From Pecten maximus (lineage: Eukaryota): 64,000 nucleotides of DNA. The notes below the pieces were generated by a model, which worked only from the letters and a program-made list of their open reading frames with translations, ran no database searches and was not told the DNA's origin. The first letter of the stretch is position 1, and every line of letters begins with the position of its first letter. The stretch lies in NCBI RefSeq assembly GCF_902652985.1, contig NC_047021.1, positions 24,986,001 through 25,050,000 on the forward strand, read 5' to 3'. Positions 14,701-27,945 of the stretch are shown here, one piece after another. Both the position numbers and the translations under genes were made by a program.

Positions 14701-17700
14701 GATGGTTTCTCCTTCACACAATGATGGTTTCTCCTTCACACAATGATGGTTTCTCATTCAGGCAATGAGAGGTTTCTCCTTCACACAATGAGAGGTTTCT
14801 CCTTCACACAATGATGGTTTCTCCTATACACAATGACGGGTTTCTCCTTCACACAATCAGGGTTTCTCTTTCATACAATGGCGGGTTTCTCCTTCACATA
14901 ATGAGGGTTTCTCCTTCACACAATGAGGGGTTTCTCTTTCTAACAATGATGGTTTCTCCTATACACAATGACGGGTTTCTCCTTCACACAATCAGGGTTT
15001 CTCTTTCATACAATGGAGGGTTTCTCCTTCACATAATGAGGGTTTCTCTTTCACACAATGAGGGGTTTCTCCTTCCCACAATGACGGGTTTCTTCTTCAC
15101 AAAATAAGGGTTTCTTCTTCATACAATGAGTGGTTCCTCCTTCCCACAATGAGGGTTTCTCCTTCACACAATGACGGGTTTCTCCTTCACACAATGACGG
15201 GTTTCTTCTTCACAAAATGAGTGGTTTTTCCTTCACACAATGACGGGTTTCTTCTTCACAAAATGAGGGTTTCTTCTTCATACAATGGCGGGTTTCTCCT
15301 TCACACAATGACGGGTTTCTCCTTCACACAATGACGGGTTTCTCCTTCACACAATGACGGGTTTCTCCTTCCCACAATGACGGGTTTCACCTTCCCACAA
15401 TGATGGTTTCTCCTTCACACAATGACGGGTTTCTCCTTCACACAATGACGGGTTTCTCCTTCACACAACGATGGTTTCTCCTTCACACAATGAGGGGTTT
15501 CTCCTTCACACAATGACGGGTTTCTCCTTCATACAATGAGGGTTTCTCCTACACAAAATGACGGGTTTCTCCTTCACTATAATGTCGGGTTCTGCCTTCA
15601 TACAATGAGGGTTTCTCCTTCACACAATGATGGTTTCACCTTCACACAATGATGGTTTCTCCTTCACACAATGATGGTTTCTCCTTCACACAATGATGGT
15701 TTCTCCTTCACACAATGATGGTTTCTCCTTCACACAATGATGGTTTCTCATTCAGGCAATGAGAGGTTTCTCCTTCACACAATGAGAGGTTTCTCCTTCA
15801 CACAATGATGGTTTCTCCTATACACAATGACGGGTTTCTCCTTCACACAATCAGGGTTTCTCTTTCATACAATGGCGGGTTTCTCCTTCACATAATGAGG
15901 GTTTCTCCTTCACACAATGAGGGGTTTCTCTTTCTAACAATGATGGTTTCTCCTATACACAATGACGGGTTTCTCCTTCACACAATCAGGGTTTCTCTTT
16001 CATACAATGGAGGGTTTCTCCTTCACATAATGAGGGTTTCTCTTTCACACAATGAGGGGTTTCTCCTTCACACAATGACGGGTTTCTTCTTCACAAAATA
16101 AGGGTTTCTTCTTCATACAATGAGTGGTTCCTCCTTCCCACAATGAGGGTTTCTCCTTCACACAATGACGGGTTTCTCCTTCCCACAATGACGGGTTTCA
16201 CCTTCCCACAATGATGGTTTCTCCTTCACACAATGACGGGTTTCTCCTTCTCACAATGACGGGTTTCTCCTTCACACAACGATGGTTTCTCCTTCACACA
16301 ATGAGGGGTTTCTCCTTCACACAATGACGGGTTTCTCCTTCATACAATGAGGGTTTCTCCTACACAAAATGACGGGTTTCTCCTTCACTATAATGTCGGG
16401 TTCTGCCTTCATACAATGAGGGTTTCTCCTTCACACAATGATGGTTTCCCTTCACAATGAGGTTTCCTTAACAATGAGGTTTTCCTTCAAATGAGGTTTT
16501 CTTACACATGGGGGGTTCCTTCACAATGATGGTTTTCTTCGGGCAATGGGGTTTTCTCTTCAACAAGGGGGTTTTCCTACAAATGGGTTTCCGATCCCAG
16601 GGAGGGTTTCCTTCCACCATAGGGTTTTCTTAAAATGGCGGGGTTTCTCCTCAAGTGGGGTTCCCTTCACAATGGGGGTTTCTTTCAACATGGGGTTCCT
16701 TACACATGAGGTTTCCCTTCACAATGGGTTCTTTCACAATGGGGTTTCTCTTCCCAAATGAGGGTTCCTTCCAATGAGGGTTTTCCTTCACCAATGAGGG
16801 TTTTTCTTCACAAATAGGGTTCCTTCATACAATGAGGGTTTCTCCCAAAGGAGGTTTCCTACACAATGAGGTTTCCCTTCCACAATGAGGGTTCGTTTCA
16901 AATGAGGGGTTTCCCTTTAAAAATGAGGGTCTTCTTCCAAATGAGGGTTTCTTCTTCATACAATGGCGGGTTTCTCCTTCACACAATGACGGGTTTCTCC
17001 TTTATACAATGGCGGGGTTCTCCTTCAGACAACGATGGTTTCTCCTTCACACAATGACGGGTTTCTCCTTCACAAAATAAGGGTTTCTTCTTCATACAAT
17101 GAGTGGTTCCTCCTTCCCACAATGAGGGTTTCTCCTTCACAGAATGACGGGTTTCTCCTTCACACAATGACGGGTTTCTTCTTCACAAAATGAGTGGTTT
17201 TTCCTTCACACAATGACGGGTTTCTTCTTCACAAAATGAGGGTTTCTTCTTCATACAATGGCGGGTTTCTCCTTCACACAATGACGGGTTTCTCCTTTAT
17301 ACAATGGCGGGGTTCTCCTTCAGACAATGACGGGTTTCTCCTTCCCACAATGACGGGTTTCTCCTTCCCACAATGACGGGTTTCACCTTCCCACAATGAT
17401 GGTTTCTCCTTCACACAATGACGGGTTTCTCCTTCACACAATGACGGGTTTCTCCTTCACACAACGATGGTTTCTCCTTCACACAATGAGGGGTTTCTTC
17501 TTCACACAATGAGGGTTTCTCTTTCACACAATGAGGGATTTCTCCTTCATAGAATGAAGGGTTCCTCCTTCACACAATTGGGGTTTCTCCTTCATACAAT
17601 GAGGGGTTTCTCCTTCACACAATTAGGGGTTCCTTCTTCACACAATGAGGGATTTCTCCTTCACACAATGACGGTTTCTCCTTCATACAATGACGGTTTC

Positions 17701-18495
17701 TCATTCACAAATGATGGTTTCTCCTTCACACAATGATGGTTTCTCCTTCACACAATGACGGGTTTCTCCTTCACAAAATAAGGGTTTCTTCTTCATACAA
17801 TGAGTGGTTCCTCCTTCCCACAATGAGGGTTTCTCCTTCACACAATGACGGGTTTCTCCTTCACACAATGACGGGTTTCTTCTTCACAAATGAGTGGTTT
17901 TTCCTTCACACAATGACGGGTTTCTTCTTCACAAAATGAGGGTTTCTTCTTCATACAATGGCGGGTTTCTCCTTCACACAATGACGGGTTTCTCCTTTAT
18001 ACAATGGCGGGGTTCTCCTTCAGACAATGACGGGTTTCTCCTTCCCACAATGACGGGTTTCACCTTCCCACAATGATGGTTTCTCCTTCACACAATGACG
18101 GGTTTCTCCTTCACACAATGACGGGTTTCTCCTCCACACAACGATGGTTTCTCCTTCACACAATGAGGGGTTTCTTCTTCACACAATGAGGGTTTCTCTT
18201 TCACACAATGAGGGATTTCTCCTTCATACAATGAAGGGTTCCTCCTTCACACAATTGGGGTTTCTCCTTCATACAATGAGGGGTTTCTCCTTCACACAAT
18301 TAGGGGTTCCTTCTTCACACAATGAGGGATTTCTCCTTCACACAATGACGGTTTCTCCTTCATACAATGACGGTTTCTCATTCACAAATGATGGTTTCTC
18401 CTTCACACAATGATGGTTTCTCCTTCACACAATGACGGGTTTCTCCTTCATACAATGATGGTTTCTCCTTCACACAATGAGGGTTTCTCCTTCGT
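8790..18495. repeat. ~9.7-kb satellite of 22/23-bp monomers with higher-order repeats
   Basis: Monomer ACAATGAGGGTTTCTCCTTCAC and variants. A 155-bp (7-monomer) unit recurs at 8881, 9036 and 9191; a longer block recurs at 10006, 12922, 13752, 14811 and 15805. Confidence 0.97.
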
Positions 18496-20116
18496 ACAAA
18501 AAGCGGCTGTCACTGCAGCATGGATTCGTGTATAGGTTATAATATAAGTTATAATCCATGCTTGTGGGCTAACACTGAACAAAACACACATATATAATTT
18601 AGATTTACAATTTATATACAAATATAAACTGTAATATTATTCAGAACCTGTATATGTATCACACAACATTACATAAAAAAGAACGTATCTACACATCATT
18701 TATTGATAGTCAGTTTTTATTCAGGTGACAGTAGCAGAATGTAACTATTTTACAAGTTGAAACTTTTGATCTGCAATCAAAATGTTTTTGTTTTGTTTTT
18801 TGTTTTGTTTTTGGTTTGATTTATTTCTCCTTTCCTTACAGTTGATGACTCGTTTCTTATGTTCTGATATCACGTTTTTAAAGCCCGACATGAAATAAAA
18901 CTGTTCCATTCTGATTATTGAATACGAAGTCATGAACTACAAAATGTATCTCTTCATTGCTGGAATATAGCATTGTCATGTTCATAGTGAGCGTACTGGT
19001 ATTGTACACAAACTTTTTGTTGAATGCTGTTGTCTTTGTTTTCAGGGACAATTCTTGTATCACATCTGCAAACGGCAAGGTCATTGCTTGGTGTAATTCA
19101 GATCAGAACATTGATACCAGCAAAAAATATTTACTAAAACTCAAATCAAAAGCTTAAAAATTTCCCTCGATAGAATCTTATTTCGGAAGTTGATGCTCTT
19201 TAAAATTTGAAAATTCATTTTATTCAACTGAAATATATTTTATATAGTCGAAAGCTAACATTGGCAGCTATCTTGGCAGTTATGGCTAAGATCAACTACA
19301 CACTCAATCAGACAAAATGTTAAATTATTGTGTTGTAATGTATGTATGGGGATCGATTGGCAAAATACCAAACATGTGTTGCAGTTCAAAGTCTCTTTTT
19401 TATTCACCAAATCAAGCATAAAAATAACTTCCGGTTACAAATTACGTAATACAGTGCACAAATAGAGAAAAAAAGACAGATTCCGGAAACTCACTTAAAT
19501 GTTGATAATGATATGTATATAACATATATGGCCAAATCTATCCCATAACTTGCCCGTTCTGCCATGTTATACGGCCATGTCATAAATATCATGTGTAATT
19601 ACACTATTGTGACGTCATAATATATATGTTACGTTAAAATATTTACATTCTGTATGATTGAAAGCATTGGCGAAAATTGTATTCATTTTTCATAATAACC
19701 CCTGATTAGCCTCATTATAGTGTGTAACAATGTCGGGAATCGCGTTACCACAGGTAGTACGCTCCGTCGTCGGATTTATTCTTCTTGTATTCTTTTAAAT
19801 AAACATGATCAGTGTAATATTTTCATAAATACGATGTTGTTACGGTCTCCCTAAATGTTCAAAACATAAACAAAAAATCACTCCAAAAATCTCACAGAAT
19901 AAGTATTGTAGTTTTGAACTACATTATGTTTGTGTTGTTGTGACGGTTGCTAAGACCGTGCCAAGAAATGTCTCACACTTTACCGAGAAAACGGCTGTTC
20001 TCTCTCCGACGTCACTCCCAGATAAACACATCAAAAAATTCATCTTTTTATTATTGGGTGCTTAAACAGATACAATTTAAAATAATCAAAATGTAAATAT
20101 TAGGAAAGAAAATAAT

Positions 20117-20229
20117 TTTTCAACATTCATGAGGTCATAACCACATTGGCTTTCTGGACATATTTATCAATGCGATTCATGGAATTTGTCCAGAGGCCAA
20201 TGTTGTTATGACCTCATGAATGTTGAAAA
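20117..20229. mobile_element. Foldback/palindromic MITE-like hairpin
   Basis: Perfect 25-bp arms TTTTCAACATTCATGAGGTCATAAC ... GTTATGACCTCATGAATGTTGAAAA, with further pairing (CATTGGC/GCCAATG, TCTGGACA/TGTCCAGA) around a short loop. Confidence 0.6.
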
Positions 20230-20390
20230 GATAAATTGCATTCCTTAAATAACTATGTGACGACACGTGATTGTTTGGATAGACGGACACGTCCGATCCG
20301 AGCCGGATTTCGCCTATCTTGTGTAGAAAAAAAATTGAAAGGTTTTTGCTTATAATCTCGTAAAGAGTAGTTATTTGATAAATAAAATTC

Positions 20391-20524
20391 TACACTCGTG
20401 GCTATGTCAGATGAAATTTGTTTAACTCGTTCAATAATTTGACATGCCACTCGCCTACATTCTCGTGTCATATCAAATTATTGAACTCGTTTAATAAATT
20501 CCATATGGCATAGCCACGAGTGTA
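20391..20524. mobile_element. Second foldback/palindromic MITE-like hairpin
   Basis: Outer arms TACACTCGTGGCTATG ... CATAGCCACGAGTGTA; inner arms GTTCAATAATTTGA ... TCAAATTATTGAAC. Confidence 0.6.
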
Positions 20525-20617
20525 AGACGCTCTTTATCTATTGGTTAAAGGTCTTGTTTCATCCGACCAGTGCAAGAACATTTCGAAAATGAAACTACAA
20601 TCACTCTGATATGCACA

Positions 20618-21290
20618 CCACATATATAGAGATACTCACATATATAGAGATACACATATATAGAGATACACACGCATATATAGAGATACACACATATATA
20701 GAGATACTCACATATATAGAGATACACATATATAGAGATACTCGCATATATAGATATATACACATATATAGAGATACTCACATATATAGAGATACACACA
20801 CATATATAGAGATACACACATATATAGAGATACTCACATATATAGAGATACACATATATAGAGATACTCGCATATATAGATATATACACATATATAGAGA
20901 TACACACATATATAGAGATACACACATATATAGAGATACACACCAATATAGAAATATACACATATATAGAGATACTAACATAATATATAGATATACACAC
21001 GCATATAGAGATACACACATATATAGAAATACACACATATATAGAGATACACATACATGTATATAGAGATACACACATATATAGAGATACACACATATAT
21101 AGAGATACTCACATATATAGAGATACACATATATAGAGATATAAACATATATAGAGATACACACATATATAGAGATACACACATATATAGAGATACACAC
21201 ATATATAGAGATACACATATATAGAGAGATACACACATATATAGAGATACTAACATATTTAGAGATACACACATATGCATATATAGAAAA
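20618..21290. repeat. 16-20-bp low-complexity tandem repeat (ATATATAGAGATACACAC)n
   Basis: Direct inspection; accounts for the four overlapping I/Y/V/C- and H/I/Y-rich ORFs. Confidence 0.95.
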
Positions 21291-22097
21291 AGTACAAGAG
21301 ACTATGACCAGGTACTTCGGAAGAACAAGCGTCTTCCTCTTCACTGACGACACACGTCAAACAGATCTGATCAAATTCGGGTCAAGACACCATTAAAAAC
21401 TTAACTTTTGTTAGATTGTATTAATTGTCAATATAAATACAATTTAGATGACAAATAAATCCGTTAAGGCGCCATGAATATTAAACTGTCATCCAAAATT
21501 GCATTTATTGTGAAAATAGATATAATCCAACTAACAAGCGTTTAATTATGATATTTACATATGTTGAAATGTTAAAATCTCTCTTATTTACGTAAATACG
21601 TCCTTTATCTTGACCCATTTCCTTGTATGTTCATTAGAATAGCATTTTCATATCAAAATTATCACTGTGATTGATTCGAAAAAATCTGACACATAGAACA
21701 AAACCTTGCCGTGACGATCATTAACATACCGCCAAAATGACGGCATGGTAACGCAATTCTTCTGAACATTTGTCCTCGCTGCATTTAATTCATTTGTTAC
21801 GCATAGCGAAGCATTTCTATGACGTGGATCAAAATGACGTAACAATCACGTCATGTGATCTTCACTACATCTATCCACTAATAGTTGCAGTCCATATTGA
21901 CATTGAGGCAAATGTAAATATTTTCAAATGATAGTTCGGGTGGTGACAATAGAACCAATAGGTAAACATTGTACCTCGTATAAATATCGTTGTTGAAAGT
22001 GATCCACGTCGTTCATTACATGTTAGGCGCTCACCGACAAGGAAAGTACATGTTATCTTGATCAAAGTTAAATTCGTGAAATATCTTCGATACGCAT

Positions 22098-23028
22098 TTA
22101 TCTTATTTCACAGATGAAATTTCTATTAGTGGAGCATCTTACATCGTACAGCTTAGATCCAGCTCCGAAGATTGCACAATTTTCTGTTGTTTCACCATCT
22201 GGCTCGGTAGGAAGAAAACAACGACATATCTACGCTACTTCCGTCTGAAAAGACCCAGGAACCTTCCGTGACTAGATCCGATGCATCTGTGTAGTATTGT
22301 CCACTCGAGAGATACCCAGACAACGCGCTCATCCTTTCTGTTGAATTAACTTTTACAAGTCCCGCTCCTAAACTGGAACAATAACTCAATGCATCCGAAT
22401 ATATTTTACTTGTAGCAAATACCTTATACATCATTTCTGTTTCCTGGTGATAAGTAAACGTATCTTTACAACAAACCAAAGTAGGGACAGTCCATTCTAG
22501 AGAGGACCCGCACGTGACCTGCGCTGCACCAATATGATAATATCCGGTATTACAAGAATATGTTGCTGTAGAGGAAATGGCATAACTGTTGGCGGTTACA
22601 ACAGCGTTTGGAATAGACAACGGTTGTCCACAAACTCCACCGATACAGACAGAAATACCACTTGATAAGCTCACGCAAGAAAATCCGTTCTCACACGACT
22701 GGTCGTTGCACAAGTAAGACATATTTAAATCAGAGGCGAGTTCACTACGGCGTTTTACAACGAAATTCAAATTTTCTGTGGCTGTAGCGCTGTTGTCGAC
22801 CACCCCTTTATAACATTCTAAGTTCTGTGTATGATAAACCATCACCAGGCAGTTTGCATCTGAGAAACATTCCCTTTCACACTGTTGTAATCCGAATGGA
22901 GATTTAGATACCAGGTCAGTCAAATCATAAGAGGCCAATTGTGGTCTTTGTCTGCAGTTGCCTTTTGACAAATTTACAAGACACATGGAAATGATCCCTG
23001 CCATAAGCAAACGAGTTAATGCTTCCAT
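22098..23028 (-). CDS. Secreted multidomain C-type lectin (signal peptide, PAN/apple-like, EGF-like, Sushi/CCP, CTLD); single exon with a 1-nt frameshift near 22215-22218
   Basis: Signal peptide MEALTRLLMAGIISMCLVNLSKG. QCERECFSDANCLVMVY..CY is PAN-like; CNDQSCENGFSC..C is EGF-like; CGQPLSIPNA..ATYSCNTGY..VTC..WT..C is Sushi; YSDALSYC..LGAGLV..D..EGSWVFSDG is CTLD. After DMSLF the shifted frame gives TEPDGETTENCAIFGAGSKLYDVRCSTNRNFICEIR*, completing the CTLD (309 aa if corrected). Confidence 0.88.
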
Positions 23029-23641
23029 TTTGATTTAATCGCGTCACTTAGACACACATCACTGTATCATCACCTGACCAATTGAGTATGCATTTAAAAA
23101 AACTTACTTTACACTTATAAGATATCAGTTCATTTATGCGTTCAGCCCTTTTTAACAAGCAAACGCTAAATACGGTCTCTCATGGCACCCTGAGATATTG
23201 CGATGCATCATACGAGTTATTGGAGAGAGCACGTCAGCAGCTTGGTAATCTCTGAAAATGCTAATGAGGTGACACAGTATATACGAGAGTTGACTACGAA
23301 CTATTAATCAATTCTCGCCTGAAATCAATAGCGTACACTAAGACAATGTGTCTCCAAGGCATTGTTTCCGTTTTAGAGATGGTACAATACTCAAGGGGTA
23401 TATGTTAAGAATAATTCATTGCAGGTGTAATATTTTAACACAAATAGGGGCACGTTGACATGTACCACTATAAGAGGCATGGAAGGACAATTTGTTTCTA
23501 AGTCATATTACACATTTAGCTTTATCTCTATTTCTCAGACTCATATGTTAACATTTCGAAACTAATCATCAACGTCTAGACTTTTACTAGACTGCTCTGT
23601 TCTGATAATGAACGCGGCTTGTACTATAAATATCAAATCTC

Positions 23642-25395
23642 AACTAGAAATTGTCATGGACAATTTGACGGGCTTTTCACACCTTTGACAAACTTAGGGG
23701 AACATTTACCTTTATAATCTTGAATGTAGGTAAAGGTCATTCATTTAAACAAACTTGTTAGACCGTCATTAAAACATGCTACAGACCCAATATCAACTCC
23801 CTGGGCCCCTTGGCTATTCAGAAGGCATTTCAAGATTTTAGCCAATTTGACATCCGTGACCTTGAATGTAGACCAAGGTTATTCATTTGAACAAAGTTGG
23901 TAGCCCTCCACCCATGCATGTTACAGGCCAAATATCAAGTCCTTGGATCTCTAGGTTTTTGAAAAGATGTCGTTTAAAGATTACACAATGATTGGCAATC
24001 ATGAAATTTTCAAAATGGCGTACACCCTGAACCGGAAGTGCTAAAGAAAAACTGAAGGTACCAAAATCATCAGAATAACATACTGCATCGAAAAATATTA
24101 AAAAATTAAAAATGAAAAAATTGAAAATTTGGTGACCTTTGACCCAATAGCGAACTTTGTTATTTGACATCTGACCTTAAAACCTGTAGAAAGAAAATGT
24201 TAGCCCTAAACATTATCTACAATTGATATAGTTAAATGACCTCTGGAAAATGAATACTTTTTGAGTGAATGCCATTTCAAACTTTTCAATACATGACGTT
24301 ATGGCGGCCATATTGGAATTTGGACCGACCCCTTGATGACAAATTAGGTAGCTCTTTATCCCAGTATGCAACAGGCTAAACATCAAGTCACTGGGACTCT
24401 TGGTTATTGAGAAGAAATCATTTAAAATTCTAGACTATTTGACACCTTGTGACCTTGAATGTAGGTCAAGGTCATTCATAATAACAAACGTGGTAGTTCT
24501 TCGTCCAAGATTATTACAGGCCAAATATCAAGTCCCTGGGACTCTTGGTGTTTGAGAAGATGTTGTTTAAAGAGTTTTTAATGATTGCACAATCATGAAA
24601 ATTTTCAAAACGTTTTACCACTTGAACCGGAAGTGCTAAAGAAAAACCGACGGTACCAAAATCATCGGAATAACATACTGCATCGAACATAATAAAAAAA
24701 AATGAAAAAAATGAAAAAGTTAAGAATTTGGTGGCCTTTGACCCCATAGCTAACTTTTTTATTTGACCTCTGACCTGAAAACTGTTGGTGAATAAAAGTC
24801 AGTGCCAGCACTTATCTACAAATAACATAATTACATAACCTCTGTAGAATGAATCGTTTTTGAGTTATGGCGATTTAAACTTTTCAATACATGACGTCGT
24901 GGCGGCCATATTGGATTTCGGACCAACCCCATGATAACAAGACTTGGTCAGTACTATCTCATAGTCATGTTATCAAAGTTTGTGCTGAATCCCACTGATG
25001 GAATTTAAGAAGAAACTTAAAATGTGAATGGTCTTTACACAAAAAAGAACAAAAGAAATATTCAAAATGAAGTACCGCGTTAACGGCAAACGCTAACGAT
25101 AAACTAAAGACATCAAAATCATCGGAATGATATAACGCATCATATTCCGAACAAATGTTTGAAAAAGATTGAAAAATGAGGATTTTTTAAAAATAAACTA
25201 ACTTGACCCTGGGAGAGCTTTTTTTATTTGACCTCTGACCTTAAACTTGTAATTTTATAAAAGTTACCCCCAGATTCAATGTACCATCAAATCATAACAT
25301 GACTCTTGTATCTTAAATACTTTTTGAGTTATGGTTATTTTAATCATTTTAGGTATGACGCCATGGCGGCCATATTGGATCTATGACCTACTTTT
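23642..25395 (-). mobile_element. Non-autonomous Helitron/Helentron-like element with ~595-bp internal tandem units (~3 copies)
   Basis: Terminal CTAG|T on the minus strand next to the perfect hairpin AAATTGTC-ATG-GACAATTT. GGCGGCCATATTGGA recurs at ~24303, 24901 and 25366; GTGACCTTGAATGTAG at ~23855 and 24449. Family assignment is inference. Confidence 0.6.
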
Positions 25396-27580
25396 AACAA
25401 CGTTGAAACGATCCTTGATACACCAATAACAATAGAAGATACTTTGTTTGAGCTGAAGCTGATGAGTAGAGGAAAAGCAGCTGGTCACGACAGGATATCT
25501 GTCGAACATCTTCAATGTCTCCCTGATATTATTGTGGAATTACTGGTGAAAATATATAACAATATTGAAATACAAAGTGAAATCTGCCGAGAACATTTAA
25601 AGTTAGGGATAGTTGTAACGTTATATAAAGGAAATAACAAAGACGGGCTTGACGTAAACAGTTATAGGTATATAACACTAATGTCGATAATTCAAAAACT
25701 CTTCGAATAATAATTTATAGGCGGTTAGTTCTGTTCTCAGATGAACAATTTCCCTTCTAAATTCCAACAAGGTTTTCGCCGGGGATGTGGTAGTATCACG
25801 GCAGGATTCATTCTTCATGAAAGTATATCTCACAATATGGAGACGTTTTCTCCGGTATGTATAGCATTTTTGGACAGCCAGAAAGCTTTTTAATAGTGTT
25901 TGGATAGCAGGTCTTTTCTACAAACTTTACCAGCTTGGAATAAATTCTAAAACATGGAGACTCCTGTATAATTCATTTCAAAACGTGAAAGTCATGGTAC
26001 TCTATAGTGGAAAAATGTCGGAACCCTACTTCGTCACACAGGGCGTCGGTCAAGGCCGAACCATATCTGCCTGGATGTTTCTCGTCATGATTGACGGCCT
26101 AGCGCAGGAACTAGATTTGTCCCAAAACGGTATATTGGTTGAAAACATACAAGTTCCTTGTATACTACTAGCGGATGATACAGTACTTGTGTCATAGCTG
26201 GATGTAACAGAATGTTGCAACGGCTCCTTGATATTGTATACAACTACTCGTGTAAATGGAGGCTTAATTACAACTCTACCAAGAGTGCAGCTGTGCTTTT
26301 TCGTCCTGAAAGAAGGATCGACGTTGGAAAATGCAAAGTATCGCTTGGCCAGGAACAACTTCCAATTGAAAATTCAAAAATATACGCGGGAATCATCTTT
26401 AATGAAAACCTCAAAAGCGATCTTGCTATACGAGAATCCATTAATAAAAATATAAATAAACTGAATAGCTTCATTTCAATTGGAGTCCACAAAAACGGAA
26501 TGAGCCCCGTCACAAGTGTGTCGATATGGAAAAGGATAATTTCACCATCTCTTTTATTCGGTTGTGAATTGTGGAGCAATTTTTCTAACTATTCGTTAAA
26601 TAACATCGAAATATTCCAACGTAAAGCCGCACGTAGAATACAAGGTTTCGACACTCGTTCTCCGAACGCAGTAACCATAGCCTCATTAGGCCTTCGTGAG
26701 ATTAACACGAAAATTCAACAGTCCAAGCTTTTCCTTTGGAATAAGCTATGTACAGGAGAGGATGTTTTTCTATGGAAACAAATTTTCGACACAAGATTGA
26801 CAACATATTTGACCAAGAACAAGCGTTCATTAGGATGTATACCGGATGTACATAAGATAATGGAAAAGTATAATATAGAGGGATTCTTCAGATTATGCAA
26901 TCCAGATGATGACATTCCATCTAAAAGGTCCAGGGAAACAATTTATCAAAAGAGTGTCACAGACGTATGAAGAAAACAACGGAGAGAATCATTGGCAGGA
27001 AAGGATGGTTTGCGTATTTTCAGCAGTGTTCATGTCAAACTAGATGATATACATCCCTTTTGGAAAATATCTAAGCTTAGTGTTAGAGAAACATGGCTGT
27101 TGGGAGAGCTAATACAGCTGTCATTTGTCTCGGAAGTCTATCCCGTCGTCTGTAAGCTATGTGGTAAAACGGTAACTGATATAGTGGTCCATTTCCTCAT
27201 TGAATGCCACATTCTCTTCGCTGAAAGAGACTTGATTCTAAAGTCAATTGTGAATTTCCTCCCTGTCACCGACTACGTGAAATTCACGGAGATGAGTGAA
27301 ATAGAACAAACAGAATTTATTCTTGGCAAACGGTCAGATGAGGTGACACTATCAAAAAAAACAAGGATTGAAATGATAAAATGCATCGCAAATTTGATAC
27401 CTAAAATGTATTTGAAAATTGACGCAATATTATAAGTGATAATTAAAACATGAACTAGATCAACAACGAACTGTTAATATCGATATCAATAATATATCAC
27501 CTATGTAATTCATTTCACTGCACCATATCTATTTGTTTGTAATCTCATTGAAATGGGGAAATAAAGATTATCTATCTTTC
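25395..27580 (+). mobile_element. 5'-truncated, decayed non-LTR retrotransposon (LINE; RT plus C-terminal Cys/His finger, RTE-X/Proto2-like)
   Basis: RT motifs GKAAGHD, LYKG..D.NSYRYITLMS..KLFE, QQGFR, AFLDSQKAF, GVGQG, LLADD, PSLLFGCELW; C-terminal CKLC..HFLIEC. Several frameshifts and an in-frame TGA at 26968. 3' AATAAA followed by a TATC-type tail. Confidence 0.9.
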
Positions 27581-27582
27581 TA

Positions 27583-27945
27583 CCACAATACCCTGTGTTA
27601 TTCAACTCTCAGACTATCAGTTAATCATCACAGCTGTTGATTAACAATCTGTTTATACCACACGTGGTATAAACTCTGTACGCATTTCGATTGGCTAACA
27701 CGGTGAACTTTGACCCAAGCTGCAATTGTTATTGACGTCATCAATAATCTAATGACGTCACATCACCGGGTTCCGGACGTCACCGGTACACTTTATTTGC
27801 ATACGCGAAATAATACTTGGCCACGTTTCCCTTTGATTCAAGCCGATAATCATCGCTAAAGCTCGTATCTTTTGTAACTTTTAAAAAATAACTTACTCGT
27901 GTGAAATAAATTCCATATCCAACAACCACTCGTTGTGTAACCTCT
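27583..27945. mobile_element. Small palindrome-rich non-autonomous DNA element
   Basis: Internal palindrome GTTTATACCACACGTGGTATAAAC and paired TGACGTCA sites. End motif TAACCTCTA also appears inverted (TAGAGGTTA) near 33398 and 40524. Confidence 0.4.

Noticed and set aside
8881-18413. Many 60-120-aa ORFs, including five near-identical 98-aa ORFs
   Set aside because: Products of the 22-bp satellite and its higher-order blocks.
18745-19084. Protein-like minus-strand ORFs (MTLPFADVIQELSLK..., ...FKNVISEHKKR)
   Set aside because: No convincing splice sites or recognisable domain; the resemblance to a GIY-YIG fragment is too weak to call.
20545-21353. 150-190-aa ORFs on both strands
   Set aside because: Low-complexity (ATATATAGAGATACACAC)n translations.
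25444-27435. Reverse transcriptase as an active element or a domesticated/defence RT
   Set aside because: No endonuclease domain (5' truncated), several frameshifts and an in-frame stop, so an ordinary dead LINE copy.
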